DNA of 64,000 nucleotides, taken from the NCBI GenBank assembly GCA_035759745.1, contig DASTUF010000044.1:6099-70098 (forward strand). Reading direction: 5' to 3'. Source of the DNA: Gemmatimonadales bacterium. GTDB taxonomy: Bacteria > Gemmatimonadota > Gemmatimonadetes > Gemmatimonadales > GWC2-71-9. The translations under genes and the position numbers were made by a program. Under the pieces are notes generated by a model. The model ran no database searches. It had not been told where the DNA came from and was given only the letters and a program-made list of their open reading frames with translations. The stretch's first letter is position 1; each line of letters opens with the position of its first letter. Of this stretch, positions 27,423 through 38,828 are shown one piece after another.

Positions 27423-28988
27423 TCAGCCGCGTCGGGGAGTGAGCAGCGCGATGGGCAGCACGACTTCCTCGGGCGAGACGCCGCCGTGGAGGAACGCGCC
27501 GCGATAGCGCGCCTGGTACTCGCGCAACTTGGTGGGATACACGAAGAACCGGTCGCCGGTGGCGAGCAGCAGCCGGGTGCTCGGCGTTCGCCGGGGCAAG
27601 CCGAAAGTCGCGAGGTCGTCGACCGAAATCGCCGCCTCCGGATCCTGGGCCTTGAGGTCTTCGCCGAACTTGTAGCGCAGGTTGCTGGTGGTATCGCGCT
27701 TGGCGAACACCGTCGCCGGCGTGTGGCAGTGGATCGAGCCGTGGTCGGTGGTGAGCACTACCGGCACCGAACGCCGCGCCGCCTCGCGCAGGGCATCGAG
27801 CAGCGGAGACCGCTCGAACCAGGTGCGGGTCAGGCTGCGCAGCGCCGGCGTGTCGCGCGCCACCTCGAACAGGGTCGAGTTCTCGGTCCGTCCATGGGTC
27901 AGCTGGTCGATGAAATTGAACACCAGCGCCGTGACGCCCGGCTGCGACAAGGCCGCCGGCAGCCGCTTGAGCAGAACCTCACCATCGGCAGCGGTGAAGA
28001 CCTTCTCGTAGTGCACCGGCACCTGCCGTCCGGTGAGGTCCTTGAGTTGCTCGACCAGCAACTCGGCTTCGTGGGCGTTGAGGCTTGCTTCGTCCTGGTC
28101 CGCCCACCACTGCGGGTGCCGTGCCTTGAGCTCCGCCGGGAAGAGGCCACTGAAGATCGCGTTCCGGGCAAACGGGGTCGCCGTCGGGAGGATGGAGAAG
28201 TAATGCGCGGTCTCGACATCGAACTGCTGGCTGATGATCGGACGGATCACGGCCCACTGGTCCAGCCGCAGGCAGTCCACCACCACCAGCAGGACCTTGC
28301 CGTGTTGCTCCAGCACAGGGCGGAGAAACTCGGCGCCGATATCCACCGACAAGGGCGGCCGGTCCGCCCTGGGATCGTTGAGCCAGCTGGCGTAGTTGTT
28401 GCCCAGGAACTTGCCGAAGTCCTCGCGCACGCTCGTCTGCAGGGTGCGAAGTGCCTCCTGCAGTCCCGGTTCGTCGGCCCCGCCCAGCCGCACTTCCCAC
28501 TCGGCCAGCTCCACCACCAGCTCGACCCATTCGCGCCAGCTCAGCCCGACCCCTCGACGACCTTCGAGTTCCCGGAAGCGGGTGGCGAAGTCGCGCGAGA
28601 GCCGCTGCTGCCGGATCCGGTCGCCCTCCAGCAGCCGGGTTACGACCGACAGGATCTGCCGCGGATTCACCGGCTTCACCAGGTAGTCCGAGATCTCGGC
28701 GCCAATGGCGTCCTTGAGGGTGTCGGCCTCCTCGCTCTTGGTCACCATGACGACCGGCATTGCCTGGTCCACCGAGCGGATCGCGCTGAAGATCTCGAGC
28801 CCCCGGCGCCCCGGCATCTGCTCGTCCAGCAGCACCACGCCATAGGGCTGGCGCTGCATCAGGACCAGCGCGTCATCCCCGTTGGTGGCAGTTTCCACGG
28901 CGAAGCCCTGGGCCTCGAGGAAGAGCACCTGTGATGTCAGGCTCTCGACCTCGTCGTCCACCCAGAGAATGCGCTTGGGCCTTGGCAT
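27423..28988 (-). CDS. response regulator with PglZ (alkaline-phosphatase superfamily) output domain, PorX-like
   Basis: Trimmed to MPRPKRILWVDDE. The receiver domain has LLDEQMPGRRG and KP. The C-terminal part has PglZ-type blocks (ATPFARNAIFSGLFP, TTDHGSIH). Confidence 0.8.
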   Translation of the reverse strand: MPRPKRILWVDDEVESLTSQVLFLEAQGFAVETATNGDDALVLMQRQPYGVVLLDEQMPGRRGLEIFSAIRSVDQAMPVVMVTKSEEADTLKDAIGAEISDYLVKPVNPRQILSVVTRLLEGDRIRQQRLSRDFATRFRELEGRRGVGLSWREWVELVVELAEWEVRLGGADEPGLQEALRTLQTSVREDFGKFLGNNYASWLNDPRADRPPLSVDIGAEFLRPVLEQHGKVLLVVVDCLRLDQWAVIRPIISQQFDVETAHYFSILPTATPFARNAIFSGLFPAELKARHPQWWADQDEASLNAHEAELLVEQLKDLTGRQVPVHYEKVFTAADGEVLLKRLPAALSQPGVTALVFNFIDQLTHGRTENSTLFEVARDTPALRSLTRTWFERSPLLDALREAARRSVPVVLTTDHGSIHCHTPATVFAKRDTTSNLRYKFGEDLKAQDPEAAISVDDLATFGLPRRTPSTRLLLATGDRFFVYPTKLREYQARYRGAFLHGGVSPEEVVLPIALLTPRRG

Positions 28989-29056
28989 GAATCGAAGGTT
29001 AGGGCAACGGCGGGGGTGGGGCAACGCGGTGGCAGGCGCTTCTGGCCGGCCGTAAG

Positions 29057-29464
29057 TTGCGATTCGTGACTCCCATCACCACCACTTCCGCGGCCACGGG
29101 CACTGATGAGCTGCTCGCGCTGCTGGCGCACACCGCCCGCGGGCCCAGGCGCGACGGCGTATTCGCGCTCTGGCTGGTGGTACGGGTCGCGGAGGGGCTC
29201 GCGAGTGCTACGCCGGCCACCGAACGGGCCGAGCGCCGGCGGCTGGCCAACCTGGAACGCCGCCTCGCCTCGCTCACCCTGCCGCCGCCACTGCGACGGG
29301 CGCTGGTCGCCAGCCTGGCGCTTTTGAAGGAGCCGGACCAGGGCGCTCCAGGCCTGGCGCTGGGGCAACTGGTCGCACCGGCCAGCGAAAGCCTGGGGGC
29401 CGACGCCGGCGCTTTGCTCGAACGGGTTTCGAAGGCATTAAAAGCGGGAACAGCAACGGCGTGA
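29057..29464 (+). CDS. hypothetical protein (Ala/Leu/Arg-rich, helical)
   Basis: 135-aa ORF with consistently G/C third positions. No motif recognised. The start (TTG 29057 or GTG 29066) is uncertain. Confidence 0.5.
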   Translation: MRFVTPITTTSAATGTDELLALLAHTARGPRRDGVFALWLVVRVAEGLASATPATERAERRRLANLERRLASLTLPPPLRRALVASLALLKEPDQGAPGLALGQLVAPASESLGADAGALLERVSKALKAGTATA

Positions 29465-29580
29465 AGGGAACTGAAAAAGCGTGAACGGAAAAGAAGAAGC
29501 GTGAAAGGGAATCCCTTTCACGCAGTCTCAGTTCCGTTCACGCAGTTGCAGTTCCGCCGTTGCAGTTCCGCAGCTGCGGT
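29459..29580. repeat. long imperfect hairpin built from ~20-nt GCGTGAA-containing units
   Basis: GCGTGAA occurs at 29459, 29479 and 29499 (period 20). The centre is gaaaggga-at-tccctttc. TTCACGC units mirror them on the right arm, followed by the palindrome CCGCAGCTGCGG. The element fills the gap between convergent stops (29464 and 29580). Confidence 0.7.
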
Positions 29581-30029
29581 CAGCGGGGAACTAGTGTATT
29601 CGCCGAATCAGCGCCGGATTGGCGCCGGGCCTGGTAGGCGCTGTCCGAAGCCGGCACCGCGCCCACCAGGTTGATGGTGGAGCCATTGCCAACCGGCTGG
29701 ATCCGCACCCACATCGGCTGGCGGGTCGCGTCCCATTCAACGTGCATGGCAATCACGCCGCTGGTGTCGACGAGATCGCTGAGGATCCGCCACCCTTCGC
29801 GACTGAACTGACCGCGGTAGAACTCGGCGACCTGTTCGGCGCCGACACCGCTCTGGAAGGTGAGTTGCAGCGCGTCCGAGCTGCCGGAGCGCGACACCAG
29901 CGCACCTCTGGGCGGCGTGATGACCGTAGTGAACGCCTCGCCCACCTGGGGCAGGGTGGGAGCGGGCTCCCGGTCCTGGCAGGCGGCGAGCAGGACGACC
30001 AGTACGACAACGAATGACATATGGCGCAT
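29580..30029 (-). CDS. lipoprotein, function unknown
   Basis: ORF 29580..30704 trimmed to MRHMSFVVVLVVLLAAC (lipobox LAAC). The upstream part of the track ORF is antisense to yebC. Confidence 0.65.
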   Translation of the reverse strand: MRHMSFVVVLVVLLAACQDREPAPTLPQVGEAFTTVITPPRGALVSRSGSSDALQLTFQSGVGAEQVAEFYRGQFSREGWRILSDLVDTSGVIAMHVEWDATRQPMWVRIQPVGNGSTINLVGAVPASDSAYQARRQSGADSANTLVPR

Positions 30030-30161
30030 GGGCGAGGAGAGTAAGGCGCGCCGACCTTTGCCGCAAGGTGTGACGGCGCTTATGTTTGGCGCGGCGGCGC
30101 GGACCCCGGAGCGGGCTTCGCGCCGCCGCCGCAACCTTGTGCGTCCGAAGGAGTTGAGGGC

Positions 30162-30911
30162 ATGGCAGGCCACAGTAAATGGAAGCAGATCAAGCGCAAG
30201 AAGGCGGTCACCGATTCCCGCCGCGCTTCCACCTGGACCAAGGTGATCCGCGAGATCACGGTGGCTGCGCGCGCCGGCGGCGGTGATCCCGGCGGCAACC
30301 CGCGGCTGCGACTCGCCATGGACGCGGCCCGCGGCGTGAACATGCCCAAGGAGAACATCGAGCGCGCCGTCAAGAAGGGCACCGGCGAACTCGAGGGCGA
30401 GTCGTACCAGGAACTCACCTACGAAGGCTACGGGCCCGGTGGGGCCGCGATCTTCATCGAAGCCACCACTGACAATCCCAACCGGACCGTCGCGGAGATT
30501 CGCCACGCGTTCAGCCGGAACGGCGGCAACCTTGGCGCCACCGGCTCGGTGGGCTGGATGTTCGATCGCAAGGGCCAGGTCTATCTCGATGCGTCCGGCC
30601 TGGGCGAGGATGCCGCGCTGGATCGCGCACTCGAGGCCGGCGCGGAGGACTTTGGGCGCGAGGGCGACCAGTACCTGGTCTCGATCTCGCCCAACAGCTT
30701 CCATGCCGTGCGGGATGCGCTGGAGGCCGGCGGCCTGACGGTGGAATCGTCCGAGATCGCGATGGTTCCGCGCAACTCGGTGAAGGTCGAGGGCGCCGAC
30801 GCGGAGAAGATCATTCGCCTGATAGAAGCACTGGAAGAACTGGACGACGTCTCCAAGGTCTTCTCCAACTTCGACATCGACGCGTCGCAGCTGGCGGAAG
30901 TCTCCAGCTGA
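30162..30911 (+). CDS. yebC: YebC/PmpR family DNA-binding transcriptional regulator
   Basis: MAGHSKWKQIKRKKAVTDSRR...NPRLR...NMPKENIERAVKKG. Confidence 0.9.
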   Translation: MAGHSKWKQIKRKKAVTDSRRASTWTKVIREITVAARAGGGDPGGNPRLRLAMDAARGVNMPKENIERAVKKGTGELEGESYQELTYEGYGPGGAAIFIEATTDNPNRTVAEIRHAFSRNGGNLGATGSVGWMFDRKGQVYLDASGLGEDAALDRALEAGAEDFGREGDQYLVSISPNSFHAVRDALEAGGLTVESSEIAMVPRNSVKVEGADAEKIIRLIEALEELDDVSKVFSNFDIDASQLAEVSS

Positions 30912-30933
30912 CCCCGGTGCGGAGCGCGCAGCA

Positions 30934-31428
30934 ATGAGGGTGCTCGGCGTGGACCCGGGGACGGCGGTCCTGGGTTACGGCGTGGTCGAGTCGGCCGATG
31001 GGCGCCCCGGGCGGCTGCTGGAATGCGGCGTGCTTCGCACCCGCGCCGGCGACCCCCTGCCCCGGCGGCTTCGCATGCTGCACGACGGCATCGCCGAGTT
31101 GATCGTTCGCCACCGGCCCGACGCGGTCGCGGTCGAAACCGCCTTCCATGCCCGAAATGCCCGGACCACCATGGTGCTGAGCCACGCCCGGGGCGTGATC
31201 CTGCTGGCTGCCGAGCAGGCCGAGCTGCCGGTCCGCGAGTACGCGCCCGCTGAAGTGAAGAAGGCCATCGTTGGCCGCGGCGCGGCGCTCAAGCCCCAGG
31301 TTGCGCAGATGGTGCGGCAGCTGCTCCGTCTGGCGAGCGCACCCCAGCCGGCCGATGCGTCGGATGGGGTCGCCATCGCGCTGACCGACCTGCTGGTGGC
31401 GTCGCGCCCGCGACCGGTGCCGCGATGA
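30934..31428 (+). CDS. ruvC: crossover junction endodeoxyribonuclease RuvC
   Basis: MRVLGVDPGTAVLGYGVVE...EYAPAEVKKAIVGRGAALKPQV. Confidence 0.9.
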   Translation: MRVLGVDPGTAVLGYGVVESADGRPGRLLECGVLRTRAGDPLPRRLRMLHDGIAELIVRHRPDAVAVETAFHARNARTTMVLSHARGVILLAAEQAELPVREYAPAEVKKAIVGRGAALKPQVAQMVRQLLRLASAPQPADASDGVAIALTDLLVASRPRPVPR

Positions 31429-32021
31429 TCGCATCGCTGCAGGGCGTGGTGGCCGGACGTGAGGGCGACCAGGTCACCCTCGAGACCGACGGCGGCGTGG
31501 GCTACGCGATCCACCTGCCCACCGCGACCCTGGCACGGCTGCCCGCCACCGGACAGCGGGTGCGGCTGCACACGGAGCTGGTGGTGCGCGAGGACGAGTG
31601 GTCGCTCTACGGCTTCGAGTCGGCGTCGGAGCGGGAAGTATTCCGGCGGCTGCTGGGTGCGGCCGGCGTAGGCCCCCGACTGGCCCTGGCGCTGATTTCG
31701 GAACTGGGTGCCGAACGTGTGGTTCGCGCCATCCGCGAGCGTGACCTCATCCTGCTCTCCAGCGTGAGCGGCATCGGTCGCAAGAAGGCGGAACGGCTGG
31801 CGCTGGAACTGGCCGATCGCCTGGACGACGTCGCGCTCCCGGCAGCCGCAGCGCCATCGGGCAACGCCGACGCCGTGCGCGCGCTCATGGCGCTGGGCTA
31901 CAGCGCGGTGGAGGCGGACGACGCCGTACGCCTGGCCAGTCGCGAAGTCGCATTGGAAGACACCCCCCAACTGATCCGGCGGGCGCTCGCGTCGCTTGCC
32001 GTGGCCCGCACCGGGAGATGA
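31425..32021 (+). CDS. ruvA: Holliday junction branch migration complex subunit RuvA
   Basis: MIASLQGVV...REDEWSLYGF...ERLALEL. ATGA overlap with ruvC. Confidence 0.9.
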   Translation: MIASLQGVVAGREGDQVTLETDGGVGYAIHLPTATLARLPATGQRVRLHTELVVREDEWSLYGFESASEREVFRRLLGAAGVGPRLALALISELGAERVVRAIRERDLILLSSVSGIGRKKAERLALELADRLDDVALPAAAAPSGNADAVRALMALGYSAVEADDAVRLASREVALEDTPQLIRRALASLAVARTGR

Positions 32022-32025
32022 ATCC

Positions 32026-32199
32026 ATGACCGTGCCAGCCGTGACCGCCGAGTGGGTGTGCACTCGATGCGGCGCCATCAACCGGAAGCTGGTGCCCGCC
32101 GATAGGGACGAAACCGAGGACCGATGCCATCACTGCCGCGCGAAGCACGAGGTCGAGCGCGGCGCCCGGCGGGTGTTCTGGGACGCGGAACTCGACTGA
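32026..32199 (+). CDS. small zinc-ribbon protein (CxxC...CxxC)
   Basis: [46 protein letters not shown]. High GC3. It fits exactly between ruvA and ruvB. Confidence 0.5.
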   Translation: MTVPAVTAEWVCTRCGAINRKLVPADRDETEDRCHHCRAKHEVERGARRVFWDAELD

Positions 32200-32206
32200 G
32201 GTCGCG

Positions 32207-33224
32207 ATGGAGCGCATGACGGTCACCACTCCCACCGAGCTGCCCGACGAGCAGCGTGCCGACTCGGCCCTCCGGCCGGCGCAGCTGGACGATTTCGTCG
32301 GCCAGGAGCAGGTGAAGACGTCGCTGCGGATCGCAGTGGACGCCGCCCGCAAGCGGGGTGAACCGCTCGACCATGCGCTCTTCTTCGGCCCGCCCGGCCT
32401 GGGCAAGACCACACTGGCGATGCTGCTTGCGCGGGAGATGGGGGTCCAGATGCGGACCACGTCGGGACCGGTGCTCGAGCGGCCCGGCGACCTCGTCGGC
32501 CTGCTCACCCAGCTGGGTCGGGGCGACATCCTGTTCATCGACGAAATTCACCGTCTCAAGCCGACGCTCGAGGAATTCCTCTATCCGGCGATGGAAGACT
32601 TCCGGGTGGACGTCCGCATCGGCGAGGGCGGAAGCGCCCAGACCATCCCGATGGCGGTGGAGCCTTTCACCCTGATCGGTGCCACCACCCGCTTCGGGCT
32701 GCTCACTCCGCCGATGCGCGCGCGCTTCGGGCTGGTGGAGCGGCTCGGGTTCTACCCGGCCGACGACCTCGCCCGCATCGTCAGCCGAAGCGCCGAGATC
32801 CTCGGCGTGCCAGCCGAGCCGGCCGGTGCATTGGAGATCGCGCGGCGCAGCCGGGGCACGCCCCGCGTCGCCAACCGGCTCCTCCGGCGGGTGCGCGACT
32901 ACGCCGAGGTCCGCGCCGACGGCCGCATCACCACCGAAGTCGCCAACGACGCGCTGAGCCGGCTCAATGTTGATGAATTCGGCCTCGACGACATGGACGC
33001 GCGGATACTCTCCCTCATCATCGAGAAGTTCGAGGGTGGCCCGGTGGGGCTCGGCACCATCGCGGTCGCGGTGGGCGAGGACGCCGGCACCCTGCAGGAC
33101 GTCTACGAGCCGTTCCTCATCCAGCAGGGATTCCTCCAGCGCACCCCGCGCGGGCGCATGGCCACGCCGCTGGCGTACCGTCGTTTCGGGCTCACACCTC
33201 CCGCATCCCAGCCGACCCTGCTCG

Positions 33225-33232
<8 letters not shown>
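32207..33232 (+). CDS. ruvB: Holliday junction DNA helicase RuvB
   Basis: [39 protein letters not shown]. Confidence 0.95.
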
Positions 33233-35732
<2,500 letters not shown>

Positions 35733-35733
<1 letters not shown>

Positions 35734-36269
35734 TGGCACTGCGGCCGCTGCACATCCTGGGCTCGCCCGCGCTGCGGGCGGAGAGCGCCCCGGTGGACGC
35801 GGTGGACGATGACGTGCGCCAGCTGGTGGAGGACATGTTCCAGACCATGGACGCGTCGAGGGGCGTGGGCCTGGCCGCCAACCAGATCGGCGTGACCCAG
35901 CGGGTGGCGGTGATCGATGCCGAGGGCCAGCGCTTCGCGATGATCAATCCGCGGCTGGTCGAGGTCGAGGGCAAGGCCACCGCCGAGGAAGGATGCCTCT
36001 CGATCCCCGACGTCTTCGCCGATGTCACCCGCCCCGAGCGGGTGGTGCTCGAAGCGCTCGACGCCGAAGGCAGGCCGTTCCGGCTGGAGGCCGGCGGGCT
36101 CATTGCCCGCGCGGTCCAGCACGAGATCGATCACCTCGACGGAATCCTCTTCCTCGACCACCTCGGCCCGGTCAAGCGCAAGATGTTGTTCTCGCGCTGG
36201 AAGAAGGAGCACAAGGATGACGCGACCTGGCTCAAGGAGGTGACGGCCGAGCCATCGGCCAGCGACTGA
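35733..36269 (+). CDS. def: peptide deformylase
   Basis: Trimmed to ATG 35733. GVGLAANQIG, EGCLSIP, HEIDHLDG. Confidence 0.9.
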
Positions 36270-37198
36270 TGCGGATCGTGTTCTTCGGGACGCCGGCCTT
36301 CGCCGCGTCCTCGCTTACCGCCCTGCTCGAGGCGGGGCAGCATGTCACCGGCGTCGTCTCCCAGCCTGACCGGCCCCAGGGCCGCTCCCGCTCGAACCTC
36401 GTGCCGCCTCCGGTGAAGCTGGTTGCCGAAGAGGCCGGACTCCCGCTGCTGCAGCCGGAGCGCCCCAGCGGCGATGTGTTCCTCGCTGCCCTGCGCCGCT
36501 TCGAGGCCGATCTCGGAGTGGTGGTGGCCTACGGGCACCTGCTGCGGCCCGAAGTGCTCGCGGTGCCTCGCCTCGGCATGCTCAACGTGCATGCATCGCT
36601 GCTGCCGCTGCTGCGCGGGGCTGCGCCGATTCCGTGGGCCATCGCCCAGGGCGAACGCGAGACCGGCATCAGCATCATGCAGATGGAGAAGGGACTCGAC
36701 AGCGGGCCGGTGTACCTGCGGGTGGAGACGCCCATCGGTCCGACGGAGACCGGCGGCGAACTGACGACCCGGCTGGCGGCGCTGGGCGCACACGCGCTGC
36801 TCGAAGTGCTGGCGCGCATGGAAGGCGGCGGGTCGGTCCAGGCGGAGCCGCAGCACCACGAGGCCGCCACCGTCGCGCCCAAGCTCACCCGCGAAACGGC
36901 GCGGGTGAACTGGGCCGCGCCGGCGGAAGAGATTGCACGACGCATCCGCGCCTTCGATCCGGTGCCTGGCGCGTGGACCACGCTCGGCGGCAACACAGTG
37001 AAGGTGTTCGGCGCCCGCACCGCAGCCGGCAGCGGCGTGCCCGGAGCGGTGCTCCAGGCGGGTGACGAGTTGCTGGTGGCCGCCGGTGACGAGCGGGCGG
37101 TGACGATCAGCGAGGTGCAACCGGCGGGCAAGCGTCGCATTCCAGCCGGCGACTGGGTGCGAGGTCGCGGCATCGCCGCAGGCCAGCGGCTGGAATGA
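36269..37198 (+). CDS. fmt: methionyl-tRNA formyltransferase
   Basis: MRIVFFGTPAFA, NVHASLLPLLRGAAPI. Confidence 0.9.
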   Translation: MRIVFFGTPAFAASSLTALLEAGQHVTGVVSQPDRPQGRSRSNLVPPPVKLVAEEAGLPLLQPERPSGDVFLAALRRFEADLGVVVAYGHLLRPEVLAVPRLGMLNVHASLLPLLRGAAPIPWAIAQGERETGISIMQMEKGLDSGPVYLRVETPIGPTETGGELTTRLAALGAHALLEVLARMEGGGSVQAEPQHHEAATVAPKLTRETARVNWAAPAEEIARRIRAFDPVPGAWTTLGGNTVKVFGARTAAGSGVPGAVLQAGDELLVAAGDERAVTISEVQPAGKRRIPAGDWVRGRGIAAGQRLE

Positions 37199-37818
37199 GG
37201 CCGCTCCCCCGGCTGCACGCGATCACCGATCCGTCGGTGCTCGCGCTCGATGACCTCGGCATCCGCGCCGCGGCGATCGCGGCAGCGGGAGCATCGGTGG
37301 CACTGCACGCCCGCGACCGGCAGGCGGGAGGAGCCCGGCTCGCGGCCCTGGCCGCACGCCTGGTCTCGCTGGCCTGGCCACCCGAGGCAAGCGTGATCGT
37401 CGCCGGGCGCCCCGATGTAGCGCTCGCCGTGGGAGCGCAGGGCGTGCAGCTTGCTGCGGGCGAGCTCGCGCCGGCGGATGCGAGGAAGGTGCTGCCGCTT
37501 GGCTGGATCGGGCGCTCGGTGCACTCGGCCGACGAGGCCGCCCGTGCCGCCCACGAAGGCGCAGACTATGTGCTCGCGGGAAATGTGTTCGAGACGGCCT
37601 CGCATCCCGGTCGTCCCGCCGCGGGCCTGGAGTTGATCGCCGCCGCCGCGCGCACCGGCCTTCCGGTGATCGCCATCGGCGGCATTACCGCCGCCAACGC
37701 GGCGGCGGCGCGAGATGCTGGTGCCTGGGGTGTAGCCGCGATCCGGGCGCTGTGGCATGTGGAGGATTCCGCGGCGGCAACATTGGCTCTGCTTGAGCCC
37801 TGGATGGAGGACGTATGA
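37195..37818 (+). CDS. thiE: thiamine-phosphate synthase
   Basis: LHAITD..., [31 protein letters not shown] overlap with fmt. Confidence 0.8.
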   Translation: MRPLPRLHAITDPSVLALDDLGIRAAAIAAAGASVALHARDRQAGGARLAALAARLVSLAWPPEASVIVAGRPDVALAVGAQGVQLAAGELAPADARKVLPLGWIGRSVHSADEAARAAHEGADYVLAGNVFETASHPGRPAAGLELIAAAARTGLPVIAIGGITAANAAAARDAGAWGVAAIRALWHVEDSAAATLALLEPWMEDV

Positions 37819-38024
37819 CGGAAGTTGTCGTAACCCTGAACGGCGAGGAGGCCACAATCCCGGGTCCCGCCTCGCTGGCGGCGCTGCTCGAGCACCTTGG
37901 TCTCGACCCGCGCGCGGTGGCGATCGAGCATAATCGCGAGATCGTGCGCCGCGCGCAGCTGGCGTCAACGCCGGTGGCAGCGGGCGACACGATCGAGGTG
38001 GTGCACTTCGTGGGCGGTGGGTGA
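37815..38024 (+). CDS. thiS: sulfur carrier protein ThiS
   Basis: 69 aa, ubiquitin-like length, ends in GG ([10 protein letters not shown]). Confidence 0.8.
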   Translation: MTEVVVTLNGEEATIPGPASLAALLEHLGLDPRAVAIEHNREIVRRAQLASTPVAAGDTIEVVHFVGGG

Positions 38025-38028
38025 GGCC

Positions 38029-38808
38029 ATGGACATCGACACTCCCTTTGAAATCGGGGGCCGGCAGTTTCGCTCCCGCTTGATGGTGGGCACCGGCAAG
38101 TATGCCGGCAATCAGCAGATGGTGGATGCGATTACCGCTTCCGGCGCCGAGATAGTGACGGTGGCGGTGCGGAGGGTGGACCTCGATCGCAGCAGGGAGG
38201 AAAGCGTCCTCCACCACCTCTCAGCCGATCACTTCTTCCTCCTCGCCAACACCGCCGGGTGCTACACCGCCGATGAGGCGGTGCGGTACGCACGGCTGGG
38301 GCGCGAGGCGGGATTCAACGAGTTCGTGAAGCTGGAAGTGATCGGTGACAAGGAGACGTTGCTTCCCGACGTGGCCGGATTGCTCGAAGCGACGCGCATC
38401 CTGGTGGCCGAGGGTTTCACCGTGCTGGCCTACACCAACGACGATCTCATCACCGCGCTCCGGCTGGAAGAGGCCGGTGCGGCCGCGGTCATGCCGCTGG
38501 CTTCGCCCATCGGGAGCGGCCTCGGGATGCTCAATCCCTATTCGATCCGCACCATCAAGTCCCGGCTGTCGGTGCCGGTGGTGGTGGATGCCGGAGTTGG
38601 CACCGCGTCGGATGCGTGCATCGTGATGGAGCAGGGCGTGGACGGGATACTCATGAACACCGCGCTGGCAGCGGCAGAGGAGCCGGTGGCCATGGCCCAT
38701 GCGATGAAGCTCGCCACCGAGGCCGGACGCGCCGCCTATCTCGCCGGGCGCATGCCCCGGCGCGAAGTGGCAGTACCATCGAGCCCCGAGCTCGGTATGC
38801 TGGCCTGA
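38029..38808 (+). CDS. thiG: thiazole synthase
   Basis: Trimmed to ATG 38029. FRSRLMVGTGKY, KLEVIGD, PIGSGLG, VVVDAGVGTASDA. Confidence 0.9.
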   Translation: MDIDTPFEIGGRQFRSRLMVGTGKYAGNQQMVDAITASGAEIVTVAVRRVDLDRSREESVLHHLSADHFFLLANTAGCYTADEAVRYARLGREAGFNEFVKLEVIGDKETLLPDVAGLLEATRILVAEGFTVLAYTNDDLITALRLEEAGAAAVMPLASPIGSGLGMLNPYSIRTIKSRLSVPVVVDAGVGTASDACIVMEQGVDGILMNTALAAAEEPVAMAHAMKLATEAGRAAYLAGRMPRREVAVPSSPELGMLA

Positions 38809-38828
38809 CGCTTCCGGCCCACCCGACG

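Noticed and set aside
37100-37200. TPP (THI-box) riboswitch upstream of thiE-thiS-thiG
   Set aside because: thiE overlaps the fmt stop (ATGA), so there is no leader. I saw no CUGAGA...ACCUGAUCUGGAUAAUGCCAGCG-like core anywhere upstream.
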